The position numbers and the translations under genes are program-made. From Candidatus Latescibacterota bacterium (GTDB taxonomy: Bacteria; Latescibacterota; UBA2968; UBA8231), in the NCBI GenBank assembly GCA_965248265.1, contig CBDFJF010000002.1:2592001-2656000 (forward strand): a DNA stretch of 64,000 bases, read 5' to 3'. Shown here in pieces: positions 50,819 to 60,290 of this stretch (its first letter is position 1; each line of letters begins with the position of its first letter). Below the pieces are notes generated by a model. The model made no database searches, was not told the origin of the DNA, and saw nothing but the letters and a program-made list of their open reading frames with translations.

Positions 50819-51769
50819 TCACTCGATCTCACGTTTGAAGGACTGGTACAGATCGGCCACACCTGCTTCGTTGGCGTCGCCGTCGTGGACGACGATTCTT
50901 GCGGCTGCCTCCACTGCATCACCTCGCTTCACCCGCCTGGCCTCTAGCTGAAAGGGGTTCACCATTATGAACCCCCAGTCACTCAAGTGCCATGGGATGC
51001 TGGTGGGGGTCGGGTACGGAAACAACGCCACTCCTGCTTTGTGTCCGTGGGCGGCGTGCCCTGAGCAGTCTACCCAGTCGGCGTGCTGACCACGTATCTG
51101 GGCTGCCCCCGTCCGACCTTGAGAATCGATGAGGGTGCCGCCGTCCACAGGGATAAGCCCGTCAGCCACGCGCACGACAAAGTAGCCGTGTACCGTACCC
51201 CCAACTCGGATATCCGATTCGGTCGGCATTAGCCGGGATCGCACATCGATAATGTTGGCGACGTCGCCAGGGTAGACGTCGATGGTGCGGGTTTCCTCGG
51301 CCAGCGTGTGACCGTCGCCGGCATGATCCCAGTCCGGTGGAGCTTGCCAGTGAATAATCTGGATGAGACGCAGGTGATTTTCGGCCACCTCTGTACTTTC
51401 AACCGACTTGCTGAGGATTCTCCCTGGCGCCCGCCCTCGATAGGTTTCATCCATGTAAAAGTTGTAGTTGGCTGCGGGGTCCTGGTCTGGTCGATCATAT
51501 AGGTCGAAACGGTCGGTCCCGATGGTGATGGACTGTTGGTGGGCGTGATCGACCGGGGCCTCCGCAGTGACCGGCATTCCCGCGGGAGTGAAGACCGGAT
51601 AGATGTATGCCCGGGAGACACCCTGATTCAAGGCGATCATGGGCCTGTCTTTCCAGCGCACCTTCAACCGTCTGGAGTGAGAGGTGGTCTCGTACGGAGA
51701 GGCATCGGGATCTGACTGAACAGTGAAATACTTCATGCTAACGCTTTTTCCGTTTTGGTATGGAATCAA
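50819..51769 (-). CDS. DUF6807/'PmoA-like' sugar-binding hypothetical protein
   Basis: YIYPVFTPAG..VT...PVDHAHQQS, ADWVDCSG, W..SDWG...NP. Confidence 0.65.
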   Translation of the reverse strand: MIPYQNGKSVSMKYFTVQSDPDASPYETTSHSRRLKVRWKDRPMIALNQGVSRAYIYPVFTPAGMPVTAEAPVDHAHQQSITIGTDRFDLYDRPDQDPAANYNFYMDETYRGRAPGRILSKSVESTEVAENHLRLIQIIHWQAPPDWDHAGDGHTLAEETRTIDVYPGDVANIIDVRSRLMPTESDIRVGGTVHGYFVVRVADGLIPVDGGTLIDSQGRTGAAQIRGQHADWVDCSGHAAHGHKAGVALFPYPTPTSIPWHLSDWGFIMVNPFQLEARRVKRGDAVEAAARIVVHDGDANEAGVADLYQSFKREIE

Positions 51770-51819
51770 TCAGGACGAGTTTGCCATCGCCGAGCTGAGC
51801 CTGGCGTGATGCAGATGTG

Positions 51820-52310
51820 TCACGGCAGGGTCAACGGCACGCGCAGTACCGTGTTGAATTCATCCGCCCAGCGCACGGATACCCGCGGGTGGACTCTGCC
51901 CTGGCGGCCGAAAATCGTGGCCGGTCCGTTTTCAGGCGTCACGTAGACGGCGTTGTGCCACACTCCAGGATGAATGTAGAGACCGCTCCCGGCTTTGAAA
52001 TAGAACGCCTTGAAATCGCCGGGCTTGACGTCATCACCGACGGCGGGCGCCAGATTCGCTACGAACGGGCTGTCTGAGGGATAGAAAAGCTGACCTCCGT
52101 CAGCGTGATAGTCCGAATACCAGACGTGAACGAACTTGCCTTCCTCATCGGGACTCTGACTGTGACCTGGAATCGATCCGAATGCCAGCAGGTATTGGTT
52201 CGCCTTTGTAGCCAGGGCCAAGTTTTCCCCCATCAGGTGGCCGTTTTCCCAGAACAGTCTGAACCCGCCTTCCCGTGGTGCCGCCCGTCATGGGTCTGTC
52301 AACAGGGTCG
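51820..52310 (-). pseudogene. Ureidoglycolate lyase/hydrolase-like protein, 5'-truncated
   Basis: YHADGGQLF, GLYIHPGVWH, QGRVH. Upstream GGTT-(frameshift)-EGGFRLFW runs into the end of vapC with no start or RBS. Confidence 0.6.
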
Positions 52311-52313
52311 GCC

Positions 52314-52706
52314 CTATCGGCGTCTGCGCTTTCCCCAGTAGGCCAGCCGGTAGTGCCGGCGAATGTTGGCATCCTTGGTCAAGAGGGGCGCCCCCTCGAC
52401 GGCGGCCTGAGCTGTGATAATTCGGTCAAACGGATCTCGAGTCCATTGATTGGCAAGGGAGGCGCGGACCACACCTTGAAACGGCGCCTCGCTGAAGCGC
52501 AGACCGATGGTCTGCTGTAATTCGGTCACAATCTCGATGGCTGGCACGGTAACACGCTCGATCTCGAAAAGGTATTGCAGTTCGAGCTCGATGATTGGTG
52601 ATGCAACTAGGTCTGACCGATTCAGTTCGTTGCGCACAGCCGGTGGGAACAAGCTCAATTCACCGAGGTACAGCCAAGCAACCACATGGGTGTCCAGATG
52701 AATCAC
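52314..52706 (-). CDS. vapC: PIN-domain toxin (VapC)
   Basis: LDTHVVAW, S....EL, RDPFDRIITAQA, LLTKD. GTGA overlap with the antitoxin. Confidence 0.9.
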   Translation of the reverse strand: MIHLDTHVVAWLYLGELSLFPPAVRNELNRSDLVASPIIELELQYLFEIERVTVPAIEIVTELQQTIGLRFSEAPFQGVVRASLANQWTRDPFDRIITAQAAVEGAPLLTKDANIRRHYRLAYWGKRRRR

Positions 52707-52924
52707 GGGTGCCACTCGCTGGACCAGTCGAGTTGAACGATATCCTCGGGATCCCCGTTAAGGCAGTCGTGTGTCGACAGATTGTCCAGCTTGTTCGGGG
52801 ACTCATCCGGGACGATGCGGAGACGCCGGCCCTTGCGGGTAATCTCGAGAGGCCGGCCCGTCCGCAGGACTTCGTCGAGAAGATTGTATATGTCCTGGCG
52901 GAGTTTCGATGCTGACAGGCTCAT
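52703..52924 (-). CDS. Phd/YefM family antitoxin
   Basis: SASKLRQDIYNLLDEV..TG.P.EITRKG. Lies upstream of and translationally coupled to the PIN toxin. Confidence 0.88.
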   Translation of the reverse strand: MSLSASKLRQDIYNLLDEVLRTGRPLEITRKGRRLRIVPDESPNKLDNLSTHDCLNGDPEDIVQLDWSSEWHP

Positions 52925-52957
52925 TGAATCGCTCGCTGGTTATGGAGTCGCGGGTTC

Positions 52958-53025
52958 TGACACAGAATGTACTGTCCGTACGTGATTTTGGCAATATAGA
53001 CGTACGTACGAGTTTGACACAGAAT
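52958..53025. promoter_or_regulatory. Putative TA autoregulatory operator region
   Basis: Direct repeat TGACACAGAAT (52958-52968, 53015-53025) and palindrome CGTACGTACG (53001-53010), upstream of the antitoxin. Confidence 0.5.
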
Positions 53026-53139
53026 ATGTAAGTGATTGACAGATCGTCATGGTATCAGGACAATCAGCGGGCTGGTAGGGAACTGAGAGTGGCTGCCTCG
53101 CAGACTGCCCCACGAATTCTTACGTGCGGAGAAATCGTC

Positions 53140-53559
53140 ATGAGAACAATTCCCATCGTCCTCGCCGGGCTTGCGTGCAGTGCACTGCAGGTCCAGGAGC
53201 TTGCCGCTGTCCTTCTTATTGAGGAGGGCATGCCAACCTCGACCATCGTCATCGCCGACATCCCAACCGATGCCGCGAGGGAAGGTGCTGCAGATCTGCA
53301 GATGTGGTTCCAGAAATCGAGTGGTGCTGCGGTGCCAATAAGGACCGAAAGCGAGGTGCCGCCGGACACGGAGGGCACGCTCATCCTCGTGGGAGACTCG
53401 GAGAGGACCAGAGCCCTGGGGATCGATTCCGCTGAGCTCCAGATCGAAGAATTCGTGATCAAGCGGCACAGCAGAGATTCTCCGAACTCGGGAAGGCCCG
53501 TGACGACCGGCTTCAACAACTGGGGCGATCGTGGGCGCTCAACCCACCGTTTCTGGTGA
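53140..53559 (+). pseudogene. N-terminal fragment of a DUF4838-like secreted protein
   Basis: Signal peptide plus IVI...AADLQ..F.K.SGA.VPI...ILVG...EEFVIK, typical of a large glycosidase-like N-domain. Stops after about 140 aa. Confidence 0.55.
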
Positions 53560-53618
53560 AGCTCGGGTTTTGAAGGCAGGGTTCCAGTTCGGAGACCAGA
53601 TGCCGTTCCAGCCGTCAC

Positions 53619-55403
53619 TCATCGACGATCCCAAGGGAATGCTAATGTCGGACGGTGGGCGAAGCGCTTTTGCTGAATCTCAAGTCTGCACCCGGCCGAG
53701 GGTGCCAAGCGCAGGGCAAAGGCGGTGCGATCGGCACCGTAACTCGTGTCCACGTCGACGGTCTCTCCACCCTCCACCGTCACTCGTTCCATCGTGTGCT
53801 CCGCGTACCCTCCGCCCTGGATGACGACGGTGCGCTCGTTAACGGGACTCAGGTTTACGAGTGAGACCGTGACCGAGTCATCGGTCATTCTTTCGACCAA
53901 TGCACCAACATCAGAGGGCAGTCCCGCGCGTCTTGTGTCAGGCTCGAAGTAACGCAACCGGCAATGCAATGTATGGCAACTCCTGCCGGTCGGCAGCCCG
54001 CCCATCATCAATTGTGTCAGCTGATCGGTGAGGGCCGGGTTCATCGGCAGCGAGACGTCGGATAGCCGGGTGTCCTTGGTAGAGTCGTCGTTGCGCATGC
54101 GCTCGATCTTGCCGCGCAGGGATGAGAACTCCTTTTCCAGCGCAGCCATCGGGTAGTCATCATTGGTTCCCGTCAGATATTGGACCCAGGGATCATCGGG
54201 TACTCGCATGCGGTCCGTATCCCGCATGGACCAGAACCATACCTCCCGGGCTCCCCGGTTCATCGGCTTCGGTCCGAACTCGTACCACCCTTCGTCTCCG
54301 AACATCCGAGGGTACAGAGTCTCGCCGTTTTCCACCTTTGAGTTGGCACTGACGGCGTCGAGGACCTTGCCCCAGGCCTCGCCATAGGACCGGTCACCGG
54401 TGAGTTGCATGGCGTGGGCGAAGCCGTAGCAAGGACGCGAGTAAGCGGCCGGCCGATGCGCTTTGGCTCCGGTCTGAGGAACGGTAACGGTGAATCCCCA
54501 GCCGTAGACACCTCCGTACCATTTGCCGTCACACTCGCCACCGATGGTGCCATCCAGGCCGACGTTGGAGGGGATGATGCCGCCGTTTTCTGCGGTCCGC
54601 TCCAACCAGGCATCGACGTAGTCGACGACCCAGTCACGGTAGCGGTCTTCTCCGGTCAGCGCGTAGGCGACGAACCCCAGGTGGGTGGCTTCCAGGTTGA
54701 GGGGGTTGTCACCGGCGACGTCGTTGTATTCGGCGAAATGCGCCACCATCTCGTCGTATGAGCGTTCGCCGTGGGCCAGGTGCAGGTCGGCGACGTCGAT
54801 GTAGTCGCCTGCCCAGTCCAGGCCAGTGGCTTTGCGCAACAGGGGGCCGCGGCTGCCGTTGAACATCGAGCGCATGACCCGGTGCTTCGGGTCGTAGTTG
54901 GGACAGGATTCGTCGCTGCCGTCGTACATGCTGGTCCAACGGCGCATGCGCTGCTGGTAGAGCGGGTCATAGGGGTCGCTGAGTCCGTAAAGGAAGTATG
55001 AAGACAGGCCTTCACCGTGATGAAACCAGTCGAAGCAGGTCGGGAATTCTCTGTAGTACATACCCTCTCGACCCATCTCTACTTCGGTAGTTCTGGCTTC
55101 CGTGTACTGGCGCACGTGGCCCTCGAAGCCCTTGCGGAACAGGTCGAGGATTTCGTCGGGGCCACCCAGGGCGTGAAGGGTAGTCCAGTTGAGCAGGTTC
55201 TCGATGGCATCGTCCGGCCCGTCGTCACCTCCCCAACGCGGGATGCATTCGAGGTAGCCGCGATCATCGAAGTACTTGTCGAAGAACTCGACGCAGGCTT
55301 CGGACTGGGAGTCGATGAGCAGACGTTCGAGCAAAGCCCAGTCGGGTGGAGCCTGAGGGGTATCGATGGTGAAAAGGGGGTTGTGACGGGTCAATGAGGG
55401 CAC
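53619..55403 (-). CDS. Uncharacterised 'AFPW-terminal' family protein (paralog 5, divergent subgroup)
   Basis: PPDWALLER, DDAIE, DWFHHGEG, NYDP, IPSNVG, WYGGVYGW, RYF...GLPSDVGALV, PTLAFPW. Confidence 0.88.
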   Translation of the reverse strand: MPSLTRHNPLFTIDTPQAPPDWALLERLLIDSQSEACVEFFDKYFDDRGYLECIPRWGGDDGPDDAIENLLNWTTLHALGGPDEILDLFRKGFEGHVRQYTEARTTEVEMGREGMYYREFPTCFDWFHHGEGLSSYFLYGLSDPYDPLYQQRMRRWTSMYDGSDESCPNYDPKHRVMRSMFNGSRGPLLRKATGLDWAGDYIDVADLHLAHGERSYDEMVAHFAEYNDVAGDNPLNLEATHLGFVAYALTGEDRYRDWVVDYVDAWLERTAENGGIIPSNVGLDGTIGGECDGKWYGGVYGWGFTVTVPQTGAKAHRPAAYSRPCYGFAHAMQLTGDRSYGEAWGKVLDAVSANSKVENGETLYPRMFGDEGWYEFGPKPMNRGAREVWFWSMRDTDRMRVPDDPWVQYLTGTNDDYPMAALEKEFSSLRGKIERMRNDDSTKDTRLSDVSLPMNPALTDQLTQLMMGGLPTGRSCHTLHCRLRYFEPDTRRAGLPSDVGALVERMTDDSVTVSLVNLSPVNERTVVIQGGGYAEHTMERVTVEGGETVDVDTSYGADRTAFALRLAPSAGCRLEIQQKRFAHRPTLAFPWDRR

Positions 55404-55484
55404 GACGATCTCCGGTTAATGTTAGTCACCTCGCCTGGCAGCGGAACAAGGTCGGGTCCGGAGCCCGGAACAGTGCTTCCGCCG

Positions 55485-56279
55485 TTACCAGGCTGTCCAG
55501 CCACCGTCGATGGTTACATTCTGCCCCGTCATATAACTCGAAGCATCGCTGGCCAGGAAAACGATAATGCCTTTGAGCTCCGAGGGGTCGCCCATACGTC
55601 CCATCGGACACTTGGTTTCGAGGCGCTTGACCATTGCCTGCGGCGCGGCGCGGCTGGGGAATGGCCCGGGGCTGAGGCAGTTCACGCGCACGCCGTCCTT
55701 CGCCCAATAGGCACCAAGATGCCGGGTCATGTGAATGGTGCCGCCTTTCAGGGCGTGATAGGCGACGGAACTGGCGGAGCATATGCCTTCATAGGCATCT
55801 GGATAGGACGCGACCTGTCCGTACATCGAACCCAGGTTGACGATACTTCCGGTGGCACCGCGCCCCACGACATGGTCATGAAACAGGCGAGCGAGTGTGA
55901 AGTATCCGGCGTTGTTGTGCTGATGCTCAGCGAACTGGTCGAAGGTGATCTCGGTGAGGTCCTTGCCCTGCGCGTCCAGGCCGTTGTTGATGAGAACATC
56001 GACCTGAGCTGCCGCTTGTACGGCCGCTTCGAAGCCACTCCCGATGGAGTCGCCGTTCATCTGATCAAGCGCAACACCATGATGTGCTGCGCCACCGGGG
56101 GACGGGAGTTTGGCTGCTGCCTCCTGGCCCCGTTCCGCGTCGCGGCTGCTGATGACGACGCTGGCGCCTGCTTCCGCGAGAGCGGTAGAAAATGCCGTCC
56201 CCAGGTATCCCGTGGCGCCGGTGACCAATGCAACCTTGCCACTCAAGTCGAACTGCTCTTGTATGGTCCGTCCAGCCAT
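55485..56279 (-). CDS. SDR family oxidoreductase
   Basis: TGATGYLG, NNG, S...YHALK (YxxxK), RVNCLSPG, IDGG. Confidence 0.93.
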   Translation of the reverse strand: MAGRTIQEQFDLSGKVALVTGATGYLGTAFSTALAEAGASVVISSRDAERGQEAAAKLPSPGGAAHHGVALDQMNGDSIGSGFEAAVQAAAQVDVLINNGLDAQGKDLTEITFDQFAEHQHNNAGYFTLARLFHDHVVGRGATGSIVNLGSMYGQVASYPDAYEGICSASSVAYHALKGGTIHMTRHLGAYWAKDGVRVNCLSPGPFPSRAAPQAMVKRLETKCPMGRMGDPSELKGIIVFLASDASSYMTGQNVTIDGGWTAW

Positions 56280-56413
56280 GATCCTTGTTGTCCTTTTTGA
56301 TTGAGTTTTCAGGGCCTGCTACGAATGCGCCAGGTCCCGGATGGTCGGCTATGGAGCAGCAAGGATAAAGCGCGATATTCGGCCGCCGGTCAAGAATCAA
56401 ATGAACCCCGCCA

Positions 56414-57211
56414 TCATGCAGTCATCGCACCCTTGATGGTGTCGAGCTGTTCATCGGTCACGCCGACGTCGCGCAGGTACCCCTTGACTCCTCCGTAGTG
56501 CTCGGTCACAAAATCAAGGGTGTATTCCATGGACGCCGGGCTACAGGCTGTATCCTGGTAATCCTGCCAGGAATAGCTGTCGGGGGAGACGTCCGGGTTC
56601 TCTTCCAGGTAGCGGATGACGTTGTAGCGAGCGGTAAGGGCGTAGTCGGCTACGATCGTCTCCCTTGGCACTCCCGAGATATCCAGGACGAAAGCGGCGA
56701 CGATGCCGGCCCTGTCCTTGCCGGCGTTGCAGTGAACGATCGCCGGCAAGCCGTCCTCTCCTGCCAGTATCGAAAAGATCTGGTGCAGGATGTGCTTGCG
56801 CTGTTCCAGGAACATGCAGTAGGTGAGGCCACGCCGCTGTGCCGGGTCATCGATCTCCTGACGCTTTTCAGCGCCTTCCACAGCGATATCGCCGGCCATG
56901 TTCTGATGATAGTAGGCGACGGCTTCACAGCCGATGAAGGCGCTGGGGTTGAGCTGGAGATCCTTGCTCCTGCGCAGGTCGATGACGTTGCGGATCCCGT
57001 AATCGATGAGCGAATCCCTGGATGCCGTCGTCAGTTTGGCCAGGGTGTCAGATCTGACGTATTTGCCCCAGTTGGTGGTACTGCCGTCAGCGGTGGCGTA
57101 GCCTCCCACGTCCCGGGTATTGTAGGCCCCGTTGAGGGGGATGTGCCTGCGTGATCCGGGGCCATCAAGGGTGATGTGCCCACGGGGGTCAGGAAATAGT
57201 GGCGATTTCAA
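56414..57211 (-). CDS. Tyrosine-protein phosphatase family protein
   Basis: NTRDVGGY, IDLR, HCNAGKDRAG (CX5R), DYALT. Confidence 0.9.
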   Translation of the reverse strand: MKSPLFPDPRGHITLDGPGSRRHIPLNGAYNTRDVGGYATADGSTTNWGKYVRSDTLAKLTTASRDSLIDYGIRNVIDLRRSKDLQLNPSAFIGCEAVAYYHQNMAGDIAVEGAEKRQEIDDPAQRRGLTYCMFLEQRKHILHQIFSILAGEDGLPAIVHCNAGKDRAGIVAAFVLDISGVPRETIVADYALTARYNVIRYLEENPDVSPDSYSWQDYQDTACSPASMEYTLDFVTEHYGGVKGYLRDVGVTDEQLDTIKGAMTA

Positions 57212-57337
57212 GTTGAGATCAGTGCTCCTTTCTATCCTTCCTTTGTCACCGGCTGCAAAGGTATCTATATCTCAAGCCGAATGCGATCACGGAGAGAGAG
57301 TAGTCATGGGTTGCGGCGCCGGGGGCGGATCAAATCC

Positions 57338-58483
57338 TTAGATGTAACCGGTCGATCCGTCGGGGCGTGTCGGGCTGGAACGTTCCCAGTGAACGTATTC
57401 GCCGTCGGTGAGGGCCTGTTCGTCGATCTCGATTCCCAGACCGGGCCTGTCGGGTCGCAGTTCGAGGTAACCGTCCGCAGGCAGGTAGGGGTCGCTGACC
57501 CAATGTCGCCACCCGGTTTCATCGGGCAGCAAGTATTCGAGAATCTTGAAGTTGGGGGCCGAGGCGCAAAAGTGCAGGTTGACGGCGGTGGCTATGGGTC
57601 CCATCGGGTTGTGCGGTGCAATACTGACGCAATGAGCCTCGGCGATGGCGTTGATCTTGCGCATCTCGAGCAGACCGCCGCAGACACAGATATCGGGTTG
57701 GATGATGTCGGCGCCCTGGTTGCTCAGCAGGTCGAGGAATTCGAAGCGGGTGTAGAGGCTCTCGCCGGTGGCCAACGGCACCTGCATCTGTGACTTGAGA
57801 TCGGTCCAGGCCGGGATATGTTCGGGACGCAGAGGCTCTTCGTAGAAATAGGGATCATACGGCGCCAGCGCATTGGCCAGCTGCAGGGCGCGGATCGGCT
57901 CGAAGACCTTGGCGTGCGGGTCGAAGGCGAATTCCCAGTCGTCGGGGCAGTTGAGGCGCAGCTGCTCGAAGTAGGCGGCAGCCTCGGCGCAGACCCGGCC
58001 CCAACGGTTGGCGTCAGGGTCTATAATGAAGGGGCTGGTCTTGAAGGCGGTGAAGCCGTACTCCTCATTCAGCCGTCGCGCCTGGTCGGTCGCCTCTGTT
58101 GCGTCCTTGCCGCCGATGCCGCGATACACCCGGATCCGGTCACGGGCGTGCCCGCCCAACAACTGGTACACGGGGACGCCGGCGGCTTTGCCGGCGATGT
58201 CCCAGAGGGCATGGTCGATGCCTGAAATTGCGGAGAGGCCAAGCCCGCCCGGCGGGAAGCGGAATTGCTGAAACAGTTTCATCATGATGAATTCGATGCG
58301 CCGCGGGTCGATGCCCTTGATCAACTCGAAGCAGTAATCGACGGCCGGTCCCACGGCCAGATCGGGACCTATCGAATAAGTCTCACCCCAGCCGGTGATG
58401 TCCTCGTCGGTTTCGATCTTGACGAGAACGCGGGGGCGGTTGCCGAAGCGGGCCATGATGGGAGTGATATTGGTGATTATCAT
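57338..58483 (-). CDS. Galactonate dehydratase-like enolase superfamily enzyme
   Basis: GWGE, GIDHALWDIAGK..GVPVYQLLGG, DPH, EEP, TGE, QPD, PHN, PGLG. Start MIITNI (ATG 58483). Confidence 0.9.
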   Translation of the reverse strand: MIITNITPIMARFGNRPRVLVKIETDEDITGWGETYSIGPDLAVGPAVDYCFELIKGIDPRRIEFIMMKLFQQFRFPPGGLGLSAISGIDHALWDIAGKAAGVPVYQLLGGHARDRIRVYRGIGGKDATEATDQARRLNEEYGFTAFKTSPFIIDPDANRWGRVCAEAAAYFEQLRLNCPDDWEFAFDPHAKVFEPIRALQLANALAPYDPYFYEEPLRPEHIPAWTDLKSQMQVPLATGESLYTRFEFLDLLSNQGADIIQPDICVCGGLLEMRKINAIAEAHCVSIAPHNPMGPIATAVNLHFCASAPNFKILEYLLPDETGWRHWVSDPYLPADGYLELRPDRPGLGIEIDEQALTDGEYVHWERSSPTRPDGSTGYI

Positions 58484-58538
58484 GTCGTATCTCGCTCTTG
58501 AAAATGGATAGATTTCATTACAGCAGGAGGAAGCGATC

Positions 58539-59282
58539 ATGAAGGTAGCAGTTTTCGGTGCCGCCGGCTGGGCCGGCCGTGCCGTACTCAAGAATTTCTC
58601 CGGCCGGCACGACGTTCGTGCCTTTGAACTCAATCCTGAAGCCTGGGACACCTACAGCCGGTTTGATGGCGGCGCCTGGGATGGTGACACGGTGTACGGA
58701 GACATCGTCAACTTCCAAGCCGTCGACGGTGCCCTGGAGGGGATGGAGGCGGTCGTGCATCTGACGGCTTACTTCGGCAGAGTGGGGGTACTGGAGGAAG
58801 ATGACGAGAAACCGTTCCTCATAAACGTGAAGGGCCTGTGGAACGTGCTGGAGGCGGCGCGGCGACGGCAACTCCGGCGGGTAGTCCATATCGGCTCATG
58901 CCACGTGCAGCACCCCGGCGGCAAGTTCTTCACTTCCGACGTGCGCCGGCCGGACGGCGTCCTGTACGCGGTGGGCAAGCGGTTGCAGGAGGAGCTGTGC
59001 CGGCAATACCATGAGGCACACGGGCTCAGTATCGTGGTACTGCGTCCCGACAGCATCATCGACTCTGAGTTGGGAACGACCAGGGACGGAACTAAGGCGC
59101 AAGATTATCTCGGACGCGTCTGTCGCCACGATCTCGCTGAAGCCTGTCATCGAGCCCTGGAATCGGACATCGACTTCGACATTCTCCACATCGCCGGCCA
59201 TCCAGACGCTGATCAGTACTGCAATGTTGCCCGGACGCGTGAGGTGTTGGGGATGACGTTCACTGGGCGATTCGGCAGCTGA
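58539..59282 (+). CDS. NAD-dependent epimerase/dehydratase (extended SDR)
   Basis: FGAAGWAG, YAVGK, LRP. AGGAGG RBS. Confidence 0.88.
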   Translation: MKVAVFGAAGWAGRAVLKNFSGRHDVRAFELNPEAWDTYSRFDGGAWDGDTVYGDIVNFQAVDGALEGMEAVVHLTAYFGRVGVLEEDDEKPFLINVKGLWNVLEAARRRQLRRVVHIGSCHVQHPGGKFFTSDVRRPDGVLYAVGKRLQEELCRQYHEAHGLSIVVLRPDSIIDSELGTTRDGTKAQDYLGRVCRHDLAEACHRALESDIDFDILHIAGHPDADQYCNVARTREVLGMTFTGRFGS

Positions 59283-59310
59283 GCACTCGGGCTTTCAGGA
59301 GATTCAATCC

Positions 59311-60243
59311 ATGACTGATGTTGCCAGAATTCGCGGAGTGCTGTCTCCGGTCGTCACCCCCTTCGATGGCGATCTGCGACCTGACGCTGAGCGGCTTACG
59401 GCACACTGCCGTTGGTTGCTCGACAGCGACGTCGGACTCGCCGTGTTCGGCACGAACTCCGAAGCAAACTCGCTGTCCGTGACGGAAAAGCGCGGTCTGC
59501 TGGACCACCTTGTCGAGGCCGGGCTGCCGCCGTCACGGATGATGCCGGGTACGGGTTGCTGCTCGATCAGCGATTCTGTCGAGCTCACCACCCACGCGGT
59601 CGGACTCGGCTGCGCCGGTGTGTTGATGCTACCGCCTTTCTATTACAAGGGAGTCTCGGACGAGGGGCTCTACCGCAACTATGCCGAGATCATCGAGCGC
59701 GTCGGAGATGGGCGGCTGCGGATCTACCTGTATCACATCCCACCAGTCGCCCAGGTAGGAATCAGCCTCGGGCTTATTGAACGACTACTCTCGGCTTATC
59801 CTGAAACCATCGCGGGAGTGAAGGACAGCTCGGGGGACTGGGACAACACACAGGCCATGCTGGAGCATTTTCAATCCGAGGACTTCGACATCTTTCCCGG
59901 CAGCGAGACCTTTCTACTGGCGGCGCTACGCGCTGGTGGTGCAGGGTGTATCAGCGCCACCGCCAACGTGAACCCCGGGCTGATCGCCAAGCTTGCTTCA
60001 ACCTGGGAATCCGCAGACGCCGACGATCAGCAGGCCGCCCTCAATGCAGTGCGTGCGGTTTTTCAGACCTATGTCATGATCCCGGCGCTGAAAGCGGCGA
60101 TCGCCTACTTCGGGGATGATCCCGCGTGGACGGCGGTTCGCCCGCCGCTCGTAGAGCTGGAACCGAATGGGCGTACGGCACTGACCCGGGCATTGGAGGC
60201 AGTGAACTTCAGCATGCCCGGTCTGCATCGATCGGGTGTGTGA
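59311..60243 (+). CDS. Dihydrodipicolinate synthase family aldolase
   Basis: TPF, FGTNSE, PPFYY, YHIP, KDSSG. Confidence 0.9.
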   Translation: MTDVARIRGVLSPVVTPFDGDLRPDAERLTAHCRWLLDSDVGLAVFGTNSEANSLSVTEKRGLLDHLVEAGLPPSRMMPGTGCCSISDSVELTTHAVGLGCAGVLMLPPFYYKGVSDEGLYRNYAEIIERVGDGRLRIYLYHIPPVAQVGISLGLIERLLSAYPETIAGVKDSSGDWDNTQAMLEHFQSEDFDIFPGSETFLLAALRAGGAGCISATANVNPGLIAKLASTWESADADDQQAALNAVRAVFQTYVMIPALKAAIAYFGDDPAWTAVRPPLVELEPNGRTALTRALEAVNFSMPGLHRSGV

Positions 60244-60290
60244 CGGAATTCACACATTGTTAGCTGGCCGATACACTCATAACTATAACG

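Noticed and set aside
50819-51769. 'PmoA' label suggesting methane oxidation
   Set aside because: Soluble DUF6807-type protein without transmembrane helices, and no pmoB/pmoC nearby.
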